Shown here piece by piece: positions 21,210 to 35,280 of a DNA stretch of 64,000 bases; position 1 is the first letter of the stretch, and every line of letters starts with the position of its first letter. This stretch comes from Anaeromyxobacteraceae bacterium (GTDB taxonomy: Bacteria; Myxococcota; Myxococcia; Myxococcales; Anaeromyxobacteraceae). Under the pieces are notes generated by a model, which saw nothing but the letters and a program-made list of their open reading frames with translations, made no database searches and had not been told where the DNA came from. Where the stretch lies: the NCBI GenBank assembly GCA_047602405.1, contig JASGHJ010000002.1:704001-768000 (forward strand). Reading direction: 5' to 3'. Both the position numbers and the translations under genes were made by a program.

Positions 21210-21671
21210 TCAGGCCACGCCGGCCGCGGCGAGCAGGGCGTCGAGCGACGCGAGGGCGGGGATCGCGTCCTGGGCGTTCAGACCGATGGTGAACTCGAGC
21301 CGGTGGAGCACCGCGTCGGGATCCCGCAGCTCGCAGCGCGCGTCGAGGTGGCCGAAGCCGTCGCCGAAGAGGCGCACCGCGAGCCAGCCGTCCTCGGTCT
21401 CGAGCGCGGCGCGCCCGCGGGGATCGGCGGGGAGCGCGGCGAGGGCCTCGCGGAAGCGGCGCAGCTCGGAGGCGAGGACGCTCGCGGCGGCCTCGGCGCG
21501 GAAGACGCCCGCCGCCACGGCGACGCGCAGCGGCACCCACGGGTCGCCGGGCTCCGGGCCCTCCTCCGCCGGCCCGGCCTCGAGGCGCAGGTGATCGCCC
21601 TCGGGGTCGCCGAGGACGAGGCAGGCGGCGGCGCTTTCATCCTCGACGCGGACCACGGCGCACGTTAACAC
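21210..21671 (-). CDS. Hypothetical protein, WapI-like immunity family by recalled similarity
   Basis: VAAGVFRAE...ELRRFREAL...GRAALETEDGWLAVRLFGDGFGHL...LEF; start uncertain. Confidence 0.5.
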   Translation of the reverse strand: MLTCAVVRVEDESAAACLVLGDPEGDHLRLEAGPAEEGPEPGDPWVPLRVAVAAGVFRAEAAASVLASELRRFREALAALPADPRGRAALETEDGWLAVRLFGDGFGHLDARCELRDPDAVLHRLEFTIGLNAQDAIPALASLDALLAAAGVA

Positions 21672-21697
21672 TCGGAGGCCCTTTCTCGGGAGGAACC

Positions 21698-22183
21698 ATG
21701 ACCAGCGCGCCGTTCGCCGACGTCCTGAAGCGGTTTCCCCTGGGGGTCAGCGTCATGACCGTGGGGCGCGGGGGCGCGGTGAACGCGCTCACCGTGTCCT
21801 GGGCGACCCCCGTCTCGTTCGAGCCCCCGCGCTTCCTCGTGGCGCTCGACCGCCTGCACTACAGCCTCGACTTCCTGCGCTCGACGCGGAACTTCGCGCT
21901 CAACGTGCTGCGCGAGGGGCAGGAGCGGATCGCCGGCCACTTCGCGCGCCAGGCGATGTCGACCGAGGAGAAGCTCGACGACGTGAAGACGCACGAGGCG
22001 ACCACCGGGGCCGCCATCCTCGACGACGCCATCGCCTGGTTCGACTGCGAGGTCGTCTCGCTCCTCGAGTGCGGCGATCACGTGCTCGTCATCGGCGACG
22101 TCGTCGACGCGGGCGCCAAGGGGGACGGGGCGCCGCTCGTCAGCACGGCCGGCGCCGGCCTGCGGTACCTCAAGGCCCGCTGA
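21698..22183 (+). CDS. Flavin reductase-like protein
   Basis: FPLGVSVMT, TVSWATPVSFEPP, FALNVL, GDHVLVIGDV; GGAGG RBS. Confidence 0.9.
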   Translation: MTSAPFADVLKRFPLGVSVMTVGRGGAVNALTVSWATPVSFEPPRFLVALDRLHYSLDFLRSTRNFALNVLREGQERIAGHFARQAMSTEEKLDDVKTHEATTGAAILDDAIAWFDCEVVSLLECGDHVLVIGDVVDAGAKGDGAPLVSTAGAGLRYLKAR

Positions 22184-22282
22184 GACTCCCGGCCCTCGAC
22201 GCTCCGCGCCAATCGAAAACGGACCTTCCGCGGCGGAGGGGGGACTAGACTCACGCCCCTTTTCGAGACGGAGGCGGTCGAG

Positions 22283-27543
<5,261 letters not shown>

Positions 27544-27547
<4 letters not shown>

Positions 27548-27969
27548 CGCAGCGGGCTCGAGGCGAAGGCCGCCACGACGTCGTCGGTGTACGACGACAC
27601 GAGCGCGGCCGCCTCGGGGCCGCAGTCGCCGAGCGCGCGGGCGGAGTCCGCCTCGAGCGCGCACGCGAGCGTGTCGGGCGCCCAGGCGCCGCAGCCGCGC
27701 TCGAGCTCGGGCCGGTGGAGGGCCTTCCACTCCACCGCCCGGGCGCGGGCGCGGGCCTCGGCCGGCGCGGTGCTCGCGCCGTCGCGCGCGGCCGCGTAGC
27801 GGCGCATGCCCTCGAGGTACTCGTCGAGGGCCCGGTCCAGCACGGCCGAGGCGCGCGCAGAGAGCGCCGGGCAGCGCGCGTCGCCGCGCGCCCCCGCGCC
27901 GGCGGGGCGCTGGGCGCCCGCGCAGGCGGCGAGCGCGAGGAGCGCGGCGGCGGGGAGCGCCCGGCGCAT
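27544..27969 (-). CDS. Hypothetical lipoprotein
   Basis: Lipobox LAAC; several Cys; directly downstream of the DUF2059-like gene. Confidence 0.6.
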
Positions 27970-27972
27970 GGG

Positions 27973-28572
27973 CTACTTCTTCGGCGGGGCCGGCTTCTTG
28001 TCGGCCGGGGCGGGCGCGCCGCCCATCGGCGGGTGGCCGGCGGGCATGCCCGGCATGGCCTCCGGCTTCTTCGCGCCCGGGGGCGACTTCGCGAGCGCGC
28101 CGAGCTTCGTCATGATCTCGGGCATCTTCTCGCGCAGCTGCGCCATCGTGGCGGCGTTCGCCTTCTCGGCGACGCTGCCCGAGGTGGCCATCCACTTCGA
28201 GCCGCTCGGCGACTTGAAGAACGCGAGCACGTCCTTGAGCTCGGCGTCGCTGTACGCCGCGGCGAGCTCCTTCGTGTGCAGCGCGACCATCGACTCGTAG
28301 GGGAACGCCTTCTCGACCTCGGCGCGGACCTGCTTCTGGAAGTCGGCGGGCCACTCGAGCTTCGAGCCCGGGTGCGACTGCATCCGGGCCTGCGTGTCCT
28401 GCGCGAGGCCGTCCACCCAGGACGTCCAGAGCTGCTTCGAGATCGTGTGGTGCGCGACCTCGCCGGCGAGCGCCGCGTCGGCGGCGAGCGCGGGCGCGGC
28501 GAACAGCAGGGCGGCGGCGGCGGCGAACGTGCTGAGCTGCTGCGAGACATGCTTCTGCGAAACACGGGTCAC
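27973..28572 (-). CDS. DUF2059-like exported protein
   Basis: Signal peptide; YSDAELKDVLAFFKSPSGSKW matches the DUF2059 pattern; start uncertain. Confidence 0.7.
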   Translation of the reverse strand: MTRVSQKHVSQQLSTFAAAAALLFAAPALAADAALAGEVAHHTISKQLWTSWVDGLAQDTQARMQSHPGSKLEWPADFQKQVRAEVEKAFPYESMVALHTKELAAAYSDAELKDVLAFFKSPSGSKWMATSGSVAEKANAATMAQLREKMPEIMTKLGALAKSPPGAKKPEAMPGMPAGHPPMGGAPAPADKKPAPPKK

Positions 28573-28700
28573 GCGGGTTCTCCCGGAGAAAGGGCGCGCA
28601 ACGTAGCACGGAACGAGGACCCGGTTCCCGCCGGCCCGCGCTGCACTGCGTCGGTCGGTGCCCCTCGCGCACGGGACGCGGATCCGGTACAGATCGTCGC

Positions 28701-29168
28701 ATGCCCTATCTCGTCCGTTTCGCGTCGAGGCCCGAGGACCTCGACAGCGCGTTCGCGCTCCGCCGGCACGTGTTCGAGGTGGAGAAGAGCGTCCCCCGGC
28801 CGATGTTCCCGGACAGCTTCGACAGCATCGCCGACCACGCGGTGGCGTACGGCCCCGACGGCCGCTGCGTCGGCACCGGCCGGGCGTACCGGCTCGACGC
28901 CCGGACCTTCCGGATCGGCCGGCAGGTCGTGGCCCCCGACGTGCGGGGCGCGGGCGTGGGCTCCGCGCTCCTCGAGGCCCTCGAGCGGATCGCCGAGCTG
29001 CGCGGCGTGCGCGAGCTCGTCGTGCACGCGCAGCTCGCCGCCGAGCCCTGGTATGTGAAGCGCGGCTACGAGGCGGAGGGCTCGGTCTTCGACGAGGCCG
29101 GCACGACGCGCCGCCGCCTGCGCAAGGTGATCACCCCGCACCCGCTGGAGTGGGACGGGACGCACTGA
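28701..29168 (+). CDS. GNAT acetyltransferase, ElaA/YjcF-like
   Basis: LRRHVFEVE, RIGRQVV, RGAGVGSALL, HAQ...WYVKRGY. Confidence 0.85.
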   Translation: MPYLVRFASRPEDLDSAFALRRHVFEVEKSVPRPMFPDSFDSIADHAVAYGPDGRCVGTGRAYRLDARTFRIGRQVVAPDVRGAGVGSALLEALERIAELRGVRELVVHAQLAAEPWYVKRGYEAEGSVFDEAGTTRRRLRKVITPHPLEWDGTH

Positions 29169-29907
29169 CCGGGCCCTCCGCGGCGAGCCGGTCCCAGAGG
29201 CGCCGGCGCGCGGCGCCGCGCCGCGCGTGCAGCAGGCCCATCGCCGGGCCGATGAGGCAGTAGACGAGCCCCGCCCACGCGACGCGTGCGCCCGCCGCCA
29301 CCAGCGCGGCCGAGGCGGCGGCGACCGCGACGAGCACGCCCTGCGCGAGCAGCTCGGTCACCGTGTCGTGGCGCTCGAGCGGCGTGAGCGCGAGCACCTC
29401 CGCCTGCCGGAGCGCGTTGGCGTACAGGAGCGCGAACGTGATCGCGATGGCCGCGAACCCGGCCGCGTACACGTACATGAGCGTCGAGAGCTGCCCCGGG
29501 CGGATCACGACGAGGTCCCGCAGCGCGGCGGGGACCACCCCCACGAACTCCCAGCCCAGGAGCGTGAAGAGGAACTTGAGCGGGTAGACGTAGGCGAGCA
29601 CCACGAAGAGCAGGACCGAGTTGAGCAGCACGGTCCAGCCGTCGTCGAGCGCGTAGCGGCGGAAGAACCGGCGGTGCTCGAGCCAGATCTGCAGGAACAG
29701 GGCGAAGCAGATCGCGAACGGCACGAGCCCGCCGAGCGCGTCGGAGAGCTCGTCGAAGGTGCGCGGCGGCTGCAGCGACACCACGAGCAGGGTGAGCGCG
29801 AAGCCGAAGACGGCGTCGCTGAAGCCCTCCAGGCGCGACACCCCGTGGGCGCGCAGGCGGAACGGCGGAGCGGGGACGACGGTCGCGCCCTCGATGTGGC
29901 GTGGCAT
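29131..29907 (-). CDS. TMEM175-family potassium channel
   Basis: [20 protein letters not shown] signature, WLEHRRFF, multiple TM helices; GGAG RBS. Confidence 0.8.
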   Translation of the reverse strand: MPRHIEGATVVPAPPFRLRAHGVSRLEGFSDAVFGFALTLLVVSLQPPRTFDELSDALGGLVPFAICFALFLQIWLEHRRFFRRYALDDGWTVLLNSVLLFVVLAYVYPLKFLFTLLGWEFVGVVPAALRDLVVIRPGQLSTLMYVYAAGFAAIAITFALLYANALRQAEVLALTPLERHDTVTELLAQGVLVAVAAASAALVAAGARVAWAGLVYCLIGPAMGLLHARRGAARRRLWDRLAAEGPVSASRPTPAGAG

Positions 29908-30024
29908 GCGCTCCTCCGGAGGTGGATCTCCCCGTTCATGCCCCGGCCCCGGGCGCCGCGCAACCGCCCGGATTAGGCATCGGGGCGGGCGGCCGTCGCC
30001 GCCAGTTCGGGGAGGTCGATCGCG

Positions 30025-31032
30025 ATGCAGCTCGGGATGGTGGGGCTCGGCCGGATGGGCGGGAACATGGTGCGGCGCCTGCTCGGGGCCGGGGTGTCGT
30101 GCGTGGTCTACGACCCGTCGCCCGAGGCCGCGGCGCCGCTCGTCCGCGCCGGCGCGGCGGCCGCGGGCTCGCCCGCCGAGCTCGCCGCGAAGCTCCCCGC
30201 GCCGCGCGCCATCTGGCTCATGGTGCCCGCCGCGGTGGTCGATCGGAGCATCGCCGAGCTCCTCCCGCACCTCGCGCCCGGCGACGTGCTGATCGACGGC
30301 GGGAACTCCTTCCACGGCGACTCGGCGCGGCGGGCGCGCGAGCTCCTCGCGAAGGGGGTCCGGTTCCTCGACGTCGGCACGAGCGGGGGCGTGTGGGGCC
30401 TCGAGCGCGGCTACTGCCTCATGATCGGCGGCGAGCGCGAGGCCGTGGCGCGGCTCGAGCCGGTGTTCGCGGCGCTCGCGCCGGGCCCCGGCGCGGCGCC
30501 GCCGACGCCCGGGCGCGCGCCGGGCGGCGCGGATCGCGGCTGGCTCCACTGCGGGCCGAGCGGCGCGGGCCACTTCGTGAAGATGGTGCACAACGGGATC
30601 GAGTACGGCCTCATGGCCGCGTACGCCGAGGGGCTGAACCTCCTCCGCCACGCCGGCGCGGGGCGCGAGGCGCGCGCGGCGGACGCCGAGACCGCCCCGC
30701 TCGCCGACGCCCACCGGTACCACTACGACCTCGACGTCGCCGAGGTCGCGGAGCTCTGGCGGCGCGGCAGCGTGGTCGCGTCCTGGCTGCTCGACCTCAC
30801 CGCGGGCGCGCTCGCGGCCGACCCGCGGCTCGACGGCTTCGAGGGGCGGGTGTCGGACTCCGGCGAGGGGCGCTGGACCGTGCAGGCCGCGCTCGACACC
30901 GCGACGCCCACCCCGGTCCTCGCGGCGGCGCTCTTCCAGCGGTTCGCCTCGCGCGGGGAGGGCGACTACGCGGGGAAGGTCCTCTCCGCGATGCGGGCCG
31001 CCTTCGGCGGGCACGCGGAGAAGAAGCCGTGA
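30025..31032 (+). CDS. gnd: 6-phosphogluconate dehydrogenase, decarboxylating (short form)
   Basis: [52 protein letters not shown]. Confidence 0.92.
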   Translation: MQLGMVGLGRMGGNMVRRLLGAGVSCVVYDPSPEAAAPLVRAGAAAAGSPAELAAKLPAPRAIWLMVPAAVVDRSIAELLPHLAPGDVLIDGGNSFHGDSARRARELLAKGVRFLDVGTSGGVWGLERGYCLMIGGEREAVARLEPVFAALAPGPGAAPPTPGRAPGGADRGWLHCGPSGAGHFVKMVHNGIEYGLMAAYAEGLNLLRHAGAGREARAADAETAPLADAHRYHYDLDVAEVAELWRRGSVVASWLLDLTAGALAADPRLDGFEGRVSDSGEGRWTVQAALDTATPTPVLAAALFQRFASRGEGDYAGKVLSAMRAAFGGHAEKKP

Positions 31033-32432
31033 GCGCCGGGCACGCCGACGCGCTCGTCTTCTACGGTGCCACCGGCGACCTCGCGACGAAGAAGGTGTTC
31101 CCCGCCCTGCAGCGGCTCGTCCTCGCGGGCGAGCTCGCGGGGCCCCTCGTGGGCGTGTCCCGCGGAGGGTGGACCCTCGAGCGGCTCAAGGAGCGCGCCC
31201 GGGAGAGCGTCGAGAAGCACGGCGGGGGCGCCCACCCGGTCGCCTTCCCGAAGCTCCTCTCGATGCTCAGGTACGTCGAGGGCGAGTACGAGTCGCCGGC
31301 CACGTTCGAGGCGCTCCGGCGGGCGCTCGGGGGCGCGGCGCGGCCGGTCCACTACATGGCGATCCCGCAGGACATGTTCGAGGTGGTGGTCCGGGGCATC
31401 GCCGAGAGCGGCTGCGCCCGCGGCGCCCGGCTCGTGCTCGAGAAGCCCTTCGGGCGGGACCTCGCCTCGGCGCGCCGGCTCTCCGAGATCCTCCACCGGC
31501 ACTTCGCGGAGCAGGACGTCTTCCGCATCGACCACTACCTCGGCAAGGAGGCGGTGCAGAACCTGGTCTTCTTCCGGTTCGCGAACACCTTCCTCGAGCC
31601 CATCTGGAACCGCCGCTACGTGGAGTCGGTGCAGATCACCTTCGCCGAGCGGTTCGGCATCGAGGGCCGGGGCGCGTTCTACGACCGCGCGGGCGCGATC
31701 CGCGACGTGGTGCAGAACCACGTGCTCCAGGTGGTCTCGAACGTGGCGATGGAGCCGCCGCCGTCGTCGCACGACACCGAGACCCTGCGCGACGAGAAGG
31801 TGAAGGTGCTGAAGGCGATCCCCCCGCCCGCCCCGGCCGCGGTGGTGCGCGGGCAGTACCGCGGCTACCTCGCCGAGAAGGGCGTCGCGCCCGGCTCGCG
31901 GACCGAGACCTTCGCGGCGATGCGCCTCGAGGTGAACTCCTGGCGCTGGGAGGGCGTGCCGTTCTACGTGCGGGCCGGGAAGTCCCTGCCGGTGAACCGG
32001 ACCGAGGTCATCGCCCGCCTGCGCCGCCCGCCGCCGATCAGCGGCGTCTGCTTCCCGTCGAACCACGTCCGCTTCCGGCTCGGCCCCGAGTTCGTCATCG
32101 GCCTCGGCGCGAACGTGCGCGAGCAGGACGACGCCGACGGCCACGAGCTCGAGCTCCTCGCGGCCCACGATCACGCCGGCGCGGACGCCGACCCGTACGC
32201 CGCGCTCCTCGGCGACGCGCTCCGCGGCGAGACCTACCGCTTCGCGCGGCAGGACTACGTCGAGGAGGCCTGGCGGATCGTCGATCCGATGGTGGCGGCG
32301 GACGGCGCGCCCGCGGTCTACGAGCCCGGCAGCTGGGGCCCCCCGGCCGCCTCGGCGCTCGTGCCGGGTGGCTGGGTGGAGCCGCCACCGGGGGCGGGCA
32401 GCGGCAACCAGGAGCGCGCGGCGGGGATATGA
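31029..32432 (+). CDS. zwf: Glucose-6-phosphate 1-dehydrogenase
   Basis: [41 protein letters not shown]. Confidence 0.95.
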   Translation: MSAGHADALVFYGATGDLATKKVFPALQRLVLAGELAGPLVGVSRGGWTLERLKERARESVEKHGGGAHPVAFPKLLSMLRYVEGEYESPATFEALRRALGGAARPVHYMAIPQDMFEVVVRGIAESGCARGARLVLEKPFGRDLASARRLSEILHRHFAEQDVFRIDHYLGKEAVQNLVFFRFANTFLEPIWNRRYVESVQITFAERFGIEGRGAFYDRAGAIRDVVQNHVLQVVSNVAMEPPPSSHDTETLRDEKVKVLKAIPPPAPAAVVRGQYRGYLAEKGVAPGSRTETFAAMRLEVNSWRWEGVPFYVRAGKSLPVNRTEVIARLRRPPPISGVCFPSNHVRFRLGPEFVIGLGANVREQDDADGHELELLAAHDHAGADADPYAALLGDALRGETYRFARQDYVEEAWRIVDPMVAADGAPAVYEPGSWGPPAASALVPGGWVEPPPGAGSGNQERAAGI

Positions 32433-33112
32433 ACGTGGACGTGCAGGCGACGCCCGAGGGCGTCTCGCGGCGGGTGGCGGCGGTGGTGGCGGAGGCGGCC
32501 CGCGAGGCGGTCGCGCTGCGCGGGCGGTTCCTGGTCGCGTTCAGCGGCGGGCGCACCCCGGAGCGGATGCTGCGGCGCCTCGCCGACGAGGACGTGCCGT
32601 GGGCGCGGGTGCACGTGTTCCAGGTGGACGAGCGGGTCGCGCCGCCGGGCCACCCCGACCGCAACCTCTCGACGCTGCGCTGGGCGCTCCTCGACCGCGT
32701 CCCGCTCCTCCCCGGCGCGGCGCACCCGATGCCGGTGGAGCGGCTCGACCTCGCGGGCGCGGCCCGACGCTACGCGGAGGCGCTGCGCGGGCTCGCGGGC
32801 GCGCCGCCGGCCCTCGACCTCGTGCACCTCGGGCTCGGCGAGGACGGGCACACCGCGTCGCTCTTCCCCGGCGACGCCGCGCTCGCGGCGGCGGGGGAGG
32901 TCGCGGTCACCGGCGTCCGGAACGGGCGGCGCAGGATGACGCTCACGCGCCCCGTGCTGGACGGGGCGCGCCGGATCGTCTGGGAGGTGGTGGGCGCCGG
33001 GAAGGCGAGGCCGCTCGCGCGGCTCCTCGCCGGGGATCCCGGCATCCCCGCCGGCCGCGTCCGCCGCGAGCGGGCGCTCGTGGTGGCGGACGCGGCGGCG
33101 ATGTCGGGCTAG
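32429..33112 (+). CDS. pgl: 6-phosphogluconolactonase
   Basis: [31 protein letters not shown]; third gene of the gnd-zwf-pgl operon. Confidence 0.9.
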   Translation: MNVDVQATPEGVSRRVAAVVAEAAREAVALRGRFLVAFSGGRTPERMLRRLADEDVPWARVHVFQVDERVAPPGHPDRNLSTLRWALLDRVPLLPGAAHPMPVERLDLAGAARRYAEALRGLAGAPPALDLVHLGLGEDGHTASLFPGDAALAAAGEVAVTGVRNGRRRMTLTRPVLDGARRIVWEVVGAGKARPLARLLAGDPGIPAGRVRRERALVVADAAAMSG

Positions 33113-33774
33113 TGGCAGCCGAAGCAGCTGGTCTTGAAGCTGGCGGTCACGTCCAGGTTACCGTTCGCGTGCAGCGCGGCGTAGGTCGGGTTGAGCCCCG
33201 TCGCGACACCATTCACGCTGACGGCATCCCTGTGGCAGAGCTCGCACTGGTTCCCGCCGCCGTGGTGGCCGTGCCAGGCAGGCGTGGCCCCGGGCGGGTT
33301 CCCGTGGCAGCCCGAGCAGCTCGCGCCCGTCGCATACCAGGACGGGGTCGTGGCGGCGGCGCCGCCGCCGTACGAGACGGTCTTGAGCTCGGGCTCGCCG
33401 TCGCCGCCGGGGAAGAAGTAGCTGAACGTGCCGGCCGGCACCGAGTGGCAGCCCACGTTGGAGCAGGTCTTGACGGCGGGGTCGAAGGTCGGGGCGGGCT
33501 GCCCGGCCTTGTAGGCCGGACCTGCCTTGTCGAAGGCGAGCTTGCCGGCGACCTTGTGGCAGACCGTGCACGCGTAGCTCCCGTGCTTCGCGTGCGCACC
33601 GGACGGCGCGCAGACGTCGGCGTCCGGACAGTAGTTCGCGGCCTCGAGCGCCTGCCCACCGGAGGCCTTCAGCGCCGCCTGGTCCAGGTTCCCGTTCGCG
33701 TCACAGCCGGTGAAGTAGAGCGACGCCGCGACGAAGGCGACGGCGAGCCCGAAGAGCTTCCGAGATGCGTGCAT
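33109..33774 (-). CDS. Multiheme c-type cytochrome lipoprotein (CxxxxCH/CxxCH type)
   Basis: Lipobox FTGC; CTVCH, CSNVGCH, CSGCH, CELCH, CFGCH. Confidence 0.85.
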   Translation of the reverse strand: MHASRKLFGLAVAFVAASLYFTGCDANGNLDQAALKASGGQALEAANYCPDADVCAPSGAHAKHGSYACTVCHKVAGKLAFDKAGPAYKAGQPAPTFDPAVKTCSNVGCHSVPAGTFSYFFPGGDGEPELKTVSYGGGAAATTPSWYATGASCSGCHGNPPGATPAWHGHHGGGNQCELCHRDAVSVNGVATGLNPTYAALHANGNLDVTASFKTSCFGCH

Positions 33775-33999
33775 GGTGTCGTTCCCCTCCGCTTCGCCCG
33801 CGCGCTCCCGGCGGCTCCCCCTCTGAAGCCGCGTCGACCGCGGGCGAGCGGTCCCTGGCCGCTTGTTTAACACGCAGGAGGTATCGCTGTGGTGTCGGGG
33901 CGCACCTCACCATCACCCACGGTCAAGGGACGGCGGGTCCGGATCGGTTGATCGCGGTCAGGTGCGGGCCGAGGCGCTGCGGCGGATCGCCGCAGCGGC

Positions 34000-34827
34000 T
34001 CACCCGCGGTGCTGCGAGAGCTCGTCCACCTTCCGCTCCAGGCGCGCGAGGTCGCGCTGCAGGGCCTGGATGCCGAGCTCGTTCTTCAGGTTCACGTCGT
34101 AGTCGGCCGCCGCCTGGGCGCGGTCCTTCTCCGCCTGGCGGTTCTGGCTCATCATGATGAACGGCCCCTGCATGGCGGCGGCGATGCCGAGCAGGAGGTT
34201 GAAGAGGATGAAGGGGTAGGGGTCGAGCGGCGCCGAGACGAACGCGTTCGCGAGCATCCACACGCCCGTCGCGGCGAGCAGGCCGATGATGAAGTACCAG
34301 CTGCCGTTCGCCATCGCGATCTTGTCGGCGAGGCGCTGCCCGAAGGTGAGCCGCTCCTCGACCTCGCGGACCGCGTTGCGCGCGGCGTGCTCGCCGATGA
34401 GGGCGGTCGCGCGGCGCAGGCGCTGGGCCATCTCGCCGAGCATCGCCTGGGCCGCGGCGGGCGAGGCGACGAGGTCGTCGAGCACGTCCTCGCGGGAGAG
34501 CTCGGCGACGCGGGTGGTGCCCGCGGCGCGGCCGGTCGCGCTCCGCGGCGCGCCGTCGATGATCGACATCTCGCCGACGTGGCCGCCGGGGCCGACGCGC
34601 GAGAGCACCTGCTCGCGCCCCTTCGAGACGGTGAAGATCTCGAGCTCGCCCTCGAGCACCACGAAGAGCGTGCCGCCGGGATCTCCCTCCCGGAAGAGGA
34701 GCTCGCCGTCGCCGAGGGTCCGCTCCACGAGGCGGCGCGCGACGCGCTCGCGCACCGACGGCTCGAGGCCGAGGAAGAGCGGGATCCCGGCGAGGGGATT
34801 GGCGTCGGTCAACAGGCTGGGCTGCAT
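34000..34827 (-). CDS. Cyclic-nucleotide-binding domain + DUF1003 membrane protein
   Basis: LFREGDPG...GEMSIIDGAPRSAT; TFGQRLADKIA...DPYPFILFNL...IMMSQNRQAEKDR. Confidence 0.88.
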   Translation of the reverse strand: MQPSLLTDANPLAGIPLFLGLEPSVRERVARRLVERTLGDGELLFREGDPGGTLFVVLEGELEIFTVSKGREQVLSRVGPGGHVGEMSIIDGAPRSATGRAAGTTRVAELSREDVLDDLVASPAAAQAMLGEMAQRLRRATALIGEHAARNAVREVEERLTFGQRLADKIAMANGSWYFIIGLLAATGVWMLANAFVSAPLDPYPFILFNLLLGIAAAMQGPFIMMSQNRQAEKDRAQAAADYDVNLKNELGIQALQRDLARLERKVDELSQHRG

Positions 34828-35280
34828 GAGGCCCCGCAATATGCAGAAGGGGTCTGCCGCCAGCAAGCGGGGCGGCACGGGCCCGCGTGCCCGGAGGCGT
34901 CGGGTCCTCCCCCGGAAGCATCAACTGGAGTTCTTTCATGGACGTCCCAGATGGGGTGTGCGTGAGAGGTCAGGTGGTCGAGTTCTGGCCGGATCCCTGA
35001 GAACCGGTCCCGGTTTCACCGGAGGTCCTGCGCGGGAAAGGTCGCGACCCTCTGCAAAATGCAGTGCGTCACCCCGGCGCCTGATGATCCCCCGTCTCTG
35101 AAGCGTCTCGGCGAGCCCTCGCCGTTCGACGAAGCCGGGCCGGGCGCGACAGTGGGCCACACTTCACACACCCTGGGCAGTCCGCTCAGATGTACGCACC
35201 GGCCATCGGTGTCGGACTGGGAACCGCCACCTTCGTCCGCCGGTTTGCAGTGCCGCAGTCCAGCAGGGGGGAAACACCAC

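Noticed and set aside
33775..33999. Possible cyclic-dinucleotide riboswitch upstream of the multiheme cytochrome
   Set aside because: No GNRA tetraloop/receptor or GCAAAGC-type core found on the coding strand.
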